A stretch of DNA of 64,000 nt from Octopus vulgaris (taxonomy: Eukaryota), in NCBI GenBank assembly GCA_951406725.2, contig OX597815.1, positions 203,732,001-203,796,000 of the forward strand, in the 5' to 3' direction. A program made the position numbers and the translations under genes. This document shows positions 55,932 through 64,000 of this stretch, in pieces. Below the pieces are notes generated by a model. The model searched no databases. It was given only the letters and a program-made list of their open reading frames with translations, and was not told the DNA's origin. Positions within the stretch are counted from its first letter, which is position 1, and the number at the start of each line of letters is the position of its first letter.

Positions 55932-56140
55932 GCCATGATAGATCCTTAGTTCCTACGCGCATTTTTTCCCCTCCTTGTTTCTCTCCTTGTTTTTTTTCTG
56001 TGTATCTTTCTGTCGAATAGCGTAGGCTCGAAACGTAAAAGACTTGTTCTATTTCTATTCCTGAGCGCCATACTAATACATTTGTTTGTTTGTACTCCAC
56101 CTGCCTTCGTCTTTTGTTCATTTTCGTAAACCATCCCGTT
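55931..56140 (+). mobile_element. Penelope-like terminal repeat family P2 in (TA)n, with hammerhead-like motif 56005-56042
   Basis: Homologous to 59478-59677. TCTTT CTGTCGA A TAGC gtag GCTC GAA ACGT A AAAGA. Confidence 0.65.
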
Positions 56141-56193
56141 ATATATATATATATATATACACACGCGCGCACGTGTCCTATTGCGTATATATA

Positions 56194-56563
56194 TCTCTCT
56201 ATATATAAACGGCAGTTTGTCTGTGCGTGTTTCTGTGTGTCTGTTTGCTTGTACCCTCACCCTGACCACGGCTTTCAACCGATTCTGATGAAACTTGACA
56301 CACACATAGCCCAATGTCATAATTCAAAACTAACGCAGCGAAAATTTTGAAAAGTTCCCCCAGTTCTGAAAAAAATCGATAAAATCGACATGGGGTCGAG
56401 AATCAGAAACAAACCACAGACTGTCTAGGGGACGCAACTCAACCTTTTTTAACTAAAAAAAAATTTACCATAATTTTTTTGCTATTTTTTGGCTATAACT
56501 CTCTAAAAATGCTTTATAGTTATTTCCCTTACAAACCTGAGCAACGCCGGGCGATACTGCTAG
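56194..56563 (+). mobile_element. Non-autonomous Helitron sharing the H1 3' end but with a different body
   Basis: A|TC..tatatataaa start; 3' gagcaacgccgggcgatactgCTAG|T. Confidence 0.8.
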
Positions 56564-57433
56564 TATATATATAAATGTGTGTGTGTGTTTATGTGTTTAT
56601 ATTCATATGTGCCTGTGTGAATATAAATCCTATTGGATTGATATCGGTAACAGTAGTGTTGTTAACTCACATGTTGTACACGAATTATCAAACGTTCACA
56701 TTATCCACACAACTAACTCTTCTGAATTGTAGACTGTGTGGCGTTAATGATTTTCTAAAAAGTATCAAAGTAGACTATGAGTCAGAATGGAAACCGCACT
56801 GGAAATTTGTCTTTTGCTGGATATCTAAAACTCGACATTCTTCTAAACAGAAAGTGACGTGACAAGAGTCTCGTAATTAGGTAGCCAATGTAAACAATCG
56901 TTTACAAATGAAGAAATAAATTTAAAAATATGCTTTGCAGCGAATTCTGATCACTTTGCTCTCTGCTTGTCTTGTGTCATTATACAAAGGAAAGGCTAAC
57001 TAGTGCAATGTGAAGACCCAGAGGAGCTGAACGCTAAGCTACTCGTAAAACAGGGTTACCAGGTACACTGTCAGTCCATAAAAAAAAAGGAGAAAAATTC
57101 GAGTGAAAGCTGTGTCAAGTTAATCGTAATAGAATGTTCTTCCCATAGTATATTCCACTGACACAATTTACTGACGTTGAAACTCTATCTCGCAGAAGCA
57201 AACAGAAAAACATATATCGTATGTTATCGTATGATATGGGAGGCAAATGGCCGCTTTATACTTACATACATACGTACATACATTCATACATGCATACATA
57301 CATACGCACTTTTATATATTTATGTATAATGCTTAGATTTATATATGCATATATGTCTCCATATATATGTATGTATCTGTAGTTACATATATTAAGTTGG
57401 CTATATTCAAACCTTTCCATTTTCTTCATATTA

Positions 57434-57481
<48 letters not shown>

Positions 57482-57543
57482 GTTTAAATATTTGTTGTGC
57501 AAGATTTATTGGCTAAACTGGCAATATGACCATTCCGAAATAT

Positions 57544-57597
<54 letters not shown>

Positions 57598-57648
57598 ACA
57601 TGTATATGCATAAATCTATAAGTATAAATATCTAGTTCTGTATGTATT

Positions 57649-57705
<57 letters not shown>

Positions 57706-58167
57706 CCTTAACGTATACTATCAAATATATAATCTGGGTTAAGTGGTGTCTTAAGTATGTGTACAAACTAAAATATTTTACCATTCCAATGATCCGAATC
57801 ATGAAAGAAACAAATAAGAAAATAATGAAAACATATAAGTACAGGCATTATTAGAAATTTTGTTGAACGTTTTTATTTCTGATTTAATTAAGAATTATTA
57901 CATAGGCACAAGGACAAATTAATTGGGGAGAAATTAATTACAACTAATACTCTTTTCAGTTAATGACTGGTGTTTTTATTTTTTATAATTATTTTATCAG
58001 TATCAGAAGGATGAAGGACAGTGATAACAGCGGTAAGATTCAGCTTTAGACCGTAAAGGTACATCACAAAAAATTGTGAAACATTTTGTCCGTTAATCTA
58101 CCATTTCCCTATTAATAAATGTATTTCCAATCAATAGCGTGTCACGTTAATTTCCATGTTTTATCTA

Positions 58168-58550
58168 ATGAGCGAAACATTACAATCGTGAAATACAGGC
58201 GGCCGAAATTGGAGGTTTCTACAAAGGATTTCTGAATTAACGTTACTCGATAGAGTGCGTAGTATGAAGGTCATGGAGGCCATTGAGAGGTTACCGCTCC
58301 GTTACTACGGATATCTGATTAGAATGTTGCATGAAAGATTTGTAATGCGAATTCGTCAAGCCGAGCTAATCGGCAGGGTACCTAGATGTAGTTCTCGAAC
58401 AAGATGGCTGGGTAATATCCATAGCCTCAGTTGATCACGCTTGGGATCTAGCCGGAAAGTATATTGATAGTTTGTTCCGTGGAAGAGGTGACTGAGGACT
58501 CTACCACCAAAACACTCCTAGGAAAAGTGAACGGAAAAGATAGATGGATT
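58168..58550 (+). mobile_element. RTE-clade (Rex3/Expander-like) LINE fragment
   Basis: IQAAE..FLQRISELTLLDRVRS..IERLPLRYYGYLIRM...GRVPR..RTRW. Confidence 0.7.
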
Positions 58551-58724
58551 CAGAATTTTGAATCGTCTTGAAAATTTTGTTTTAGCATGTATTTTGGGAT
58601 ATATTAATTTCAATGATATTTTCTGTATCTAAATATGTTGATACAACAGAAACAATTGTTGGCTTTGCAAGGTGAATTCTACAATTAAAGATGTGATTTT
58701 CTTTATCCGTAGTTTTGCGATCTA

Positions 58725-59677
<953 letters not shown>

Positions 59678-59701
59678 ATATATATATATATATATATATA
59701 T

Positions 59702-59908
59702 TGACCGCGTGTGTATCGTTGGCGATTTTTTTCCCTCTGTCTTCCCTTCTCTGGATCTTTCCTTCTCCTATGTTTCCGACGAAGAGCTCCGCTCGAAACG
59801 ATAAACCCTCCTTCTTCCCTTCCTTCCTGAGCGTCCCATAATATTATATTTGTTCCACGTCCTCCCGTTGTTGTGTTTTCTCTTTGTGTTTTCATGTTTG
59901 GATTAACT
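59702..59908 (+). mobile_element. Penelope-like terminal repeat family P1, hammerhead-like motif 59772-59806
   Basis: Paralog of 6228-6431; (TA)n on both sides. Confidence 0.65.
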
Positions 59909-60499
59909 ATATATATATATATATAATTAAAACAAGGATATAAAATCCTCCTAAACGGATGGTAGCATCAAAGGACCCGGCTATATCCAGTGTATCAGTT
60001 AAAAACCAAAGATATTAGTTTCGAATTGATGGTTATGGGTATATTACGATTTTTGTATGAGAGAAAAGAAACGGAGGAATTGATGTATTGACATTAATTT
60101 ATTAGAACATTCAGTTGCGAGCAATATTAAATCCATTGCACTCACAGTTGTTTCGATGTTTAACAAAGTCAATTTGAGAAATTAAATTTAATGGAATGAA
60201 GTGAAATTAAATTTTCGTGTTGAGTATCGTTGGTTGGGCATTTAATCAGGGGAAGAATTTGATAGACAGGAGCTACATTCCAATGGGTCGTTTGACCCTT
60301 GTTAGACTCAGACATGTGCGTTTCAGCAACCAATGTATTTAAAAAAGAAAAGAAAAACAAAACGTTATGTATATGTATATACAAATTTTTTCATGCATTT
60401 GGTCGCGTGTGCGTGTAATGTGTTGAAAAACAAAAATATCCCTTAGCTTAAATAATCTTTCGATGCGATTACCCAACATAGAAACTAAAAACAATATGC

Positions 60500-60768
60500 T
60501 GAGATTGAAGATGCAGAAGTTCACTTTGAACTGAACACCAAATACCTGCAACTCTGTGGAAGAAAGATTAGAGACGGTGTTTTGTGCAGGAACATAGTGG
60601 TGAAACAGTTAGGGTCACGGAGGTATGTGTCCTTCGAGTGCCAATACCTGAGATGGATAGAAGAAACACTGTGTTCGGTTAGCCCATGATTGTGAAATAT
60701 ATGTGAGTGTGCTTTTTTTCTCTTGTTCTGAGGACCGTTATTATGTAGTAGCCACAGCGTAAGTAATA
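60500..60768 (+). repeat. Dispersed duplicate of 62964-63273 with a ~39-bp internal deletion
   Basis: Direct alignment by eye; both copies end ...ccacagcGTAAGTaata. Confidence 0.9.
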
Positions 60769-61089
60769 ATTTACATTATAAGTTATGATAGATCGAAATA
60801 TTAGTAAAGTATTTAATCACTTAAGAAATTTGTTATAATTAACCCAGTTGTAATCTCTAGTAATTACAGCTAAGTAATAAATTATTACTATTATCATTAT
60901 TTATTGTTCATTATTTATTTATCTATTTTCATTTTTAAATCATAGATACATATATGTAATAATTTTTTTATGTATTTGTGCCTGCATGCGTTTATAAACG
61001 CGTTGAAAGTTCCTAGACAATGACGAATCAAAGCTGCTCACTATTTGGCAAATCTGAATATTACGTCATCATTATATTTGCACAATATA

Positions 61090-61485
61090 TCTTTATATAT
61101 AAAAGTAAGGTTGTGTGCTGTCTGTCTCCTACGATTTAGATTCCTAACTACTCCCACATTTTGTGGTGCAGTTTAACCAAAACCGGGTATCTTATAGTCG
61201 GGATTCATATCGAGCCGTTCTGGGTATTAGCGCGCGTCTGCGATGAGTCTACGATTTAAAAATAAAATTACCATCAATTTTTCCCATTTTAATGCATTTT
61301 TGGTATATATAAGGGAAGTAACTCTCTAAAAGTTTATTATTAAATCTCAGAACGTAAAAAGCTACCGTAACACCCCCTCCCTTGTGTTTAACCATATTGA
61401 GATGGCTATTATACATTACATCTCTAAAAATGCTTATATAGTTATTTCCCTTACAAATCCGAGCAACGCTGGGCGATACTGCTAG
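61090..61485 (+). mobile_element. Non-autonomous Helitron family H1, full length
   Basis: A|TCTTTATATATAAAA 5' end; 3' hairpin and CTAG|T; no TSD. Confidence 0.85.
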
Positions 61486-62939
61486 TTAATTTATAATAGT
61501 GAGAATAGATACGAACGATTATTATTGAGGAAAGTATTAACGTTAACAAATCAAAATTAATAAAAATTTAAAGTATTATTAAATTAATACGTAGTATCTT
61601 TAACTTAAAATAACCTATTTTCTACTAATAATAATCACAGATTCCTGAGATACGTACTTAAATTAATGTCGTGGCAACGTTTATATAATACAGTTCGCTA
61701 TAAATATAAACTTATATTTATATTAATCATTTATTTTATATTTTAATATTAATAAGACATCTACTAAAAATATTTAATCTTTTTAGTTACTATTGTTAGC
61801 ATATTAGTTACTATTTAGTTACTATTGTTAGCATATCAATCCTAAGATACCACTGAATTTATAGTTTTAGTAATCCTTACGATATAGTTAATGGCAGTTT
61901 TTGAAAACATGTTTACAGACATGAACACGCGATAACCCATCCTCCTTTTTGGGGTTAAGGAGTCTACGTCTAGAATTTAAGATTTGGAATAATTATTCCA
62001 CCCAAAGAAAACAATAGGCATTTCCAATTTTATAGGCACCAGCCCTGCCTATTATTTCCCACTCTACAGTAAACATTTTAGTTTTGTCCTTTAAGCCCCA
62101 AATATTTTGGGAACTTTTCAAGACGCTGCGTAAGCACTGCAGCAATCTAATGAGCTAAAAAAGAAATATAGGTAACAAATTAAAAGCTAAAACTACAAGA
62201 AGTGAAAAAAGAACAAAAATATAAGGCTGCAAACTTCTGGAATTAATTTTTCTCATTTCGTCTGTCTTCTTTCTGTAGTTGAATGGATCGAGCTACATAC
62301 GTCCGAAAGTTTCAAAGTCATTAATAAATTATATTTATTGCTCATTAGGGACCTAACTTTTATTAAATTATGTAGGTACACAGCGTAGTATGTTTGTACC
62401 ATGATATTGTATGTTTCCCATATAGCAGACGACCTTGGGTGTTTGCCCACACCCCCAGTAATTCTCTTAAGTTATGTTATAATTTCATCAGCTTGATAAT
62501 GATCAGAGTCACTCATCACTGCATGCAATATTTAATTGATGAGAATTAAAATTTCTGTCTCTCTTGGCCAAAACTGAGAATTAAGAATTGATTTGTAATT
62601 GATTTGTTTTCTTTTGTAATTGACTTGTTTTCCTTTCCTCAGAGATGTAATTTTAATTAGAATAAATTCAGTTTATTTAACCGTTGGGTATAACTATCAG
62701 GTTCATGCATACATGTTGAATGTGATAGTGAAACCCCTCACCCAGCGAAAGATATTTACTTCACGCTCAAATGATTGTTTCCAGATTGCTCCTCGAGGTA
62801 TCTGATATATGTATGAAAGAACCATGGCAGAAACTGATGATACCCTACAGTGTAACTTAACGACACGTAAACTTTTCACTGCAATTTCCTTTTCACTTGC
62901 GACTGAATTCATCTTCTGTTATTTTCTTTTGCAACTTAG

Positions 62940-63273
62940 TCATTGGAGGTCATCCCAGTCTGGTGAGATTGAAAATGCTGAAGTTCACTTTGAACTGAAC
63001 ACCTTTAGGTGGTTGTCTGAAACAACTGAGTGGAAGAAATTCCAAATACCTGCAACTCTGTGGAAGAAAGATTAGAGACGGTGTTTTGTGCAGGAACTTA
63101 GAGGTGAAACAGTTAGGGTCACGGGGGTATGTGTCCTTCGAGTGCTAATACCCGAGATGGATAGAAGAAACACTGTTTGCGGTTAGCCCATGATTGTAAA
63201 ATATATGTGAGCGTGCTTTTTTTTTTCTTGTTCTGAGGACCGTTTTTATGTAGTAGCCACAGCGTAAGTAATA
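62940..63273 (+). other. Exon-like segment duplicated at 60500-60768
   Basis: Pyrimidine-rich acceptor ttcttttgcaacttAG (62938-62939) and donor GTAAGT (63264). Stops in all three plus-strand frames. Confidence 0.35.
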
Positions 63274-64000
63274 CGTTTTGTGGTTTTTAATTGGACTGTG
63301 AAGTGGGTCAGTAATTGATAAGAGTTAAACCATTTAGTAACTATGAAGAGGAATCCTAGTTTCCAGCTTGCAGTTTGTGCAATGTTACATATGTAACTTC
63401 ACATTGAAAGATCATTAGAGTTTGCAATGCTTAACATTTGTAGCAAGTTTAAGGGCCGTAATTATGTGTTGTTGTTGATGAAAAGAGAGAAACACACACA
63501 CACACACTTGTATATGTACAAAGCCGTTTAAGTCAGTATTAAAATGAACAAAAATTCAGTTGCAATGAATGCAGTTACCCTTTACAATACTGACCTTTTG
63601 CAAAGTTAGAACAAGACAAGAATAAAACAAAATAGTTTAACACTTCACCAACGAAGTATTGTCTAATATTACTTTCTGGATATATGTACAGAAGTATGAA
63701 TGTATCGGGGGTGTAAATGCAAGTGTCATAGATGTCTATAATCATTTTTTCAGTGGTCACAGTGAATTAAGCAAAGTGACTTAATTTCAGTCAAGATCTG
63801 AAACTAATTCGCAGAATCCAAGCATTACCGCGAGATGCTGTTCTTTATTCCATGTTGGTTGTCACATTAATATTTTTTCCTTTTGATGCTTTTGACCTAC
63901 TTTTATAAGGTAGTTAAAGTGGAATGCTATGAGATGTTCTCGTCTTTCTCAAAGATACTACAAGCGTAAGTGAAGTGACATGACTTCAAACAACGATTGA

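Overview
AT-rich, microsatellite-dense eukaryotic non-coding DNA that looks like a cephalopod (Octopus-like) genome; the taxon is inferred from repeat style only. No intact host protein-coding gene is supportable, and almost all listed ORFs are microsatellite or repeat artefacts. The window is a mosaic of three or four tRNA-derived SINE families; decayed LINEs (R4/Dong-type RLE elements, RTE, CR1-like, L1/Tx1); a Penelope-like GIY-YIG element plus several Penelope-like terminal repeats; non-autonomous Helitron/Helentron elements; a hAT MITE; and probable relics of an Academ-type and a YqaJ-nuclease DNA transposon. Most interesting signals: (1) repeated minimal hammerhead-ribozyme-like folds with covarying stems but non-canonical cores; (2) apparent partitioning of microsatellite targets among retroelements, (TA)n vs (TAA)n vs (CATA)n; (3) a twin-priming-type inversion in the Penelope-like element; (4) a Helitron flanked by a ~30-bp direct duplication; (5) several long hairpins and a duplicated exon-like segment. 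All calls are by eye and boundaries are approximate.
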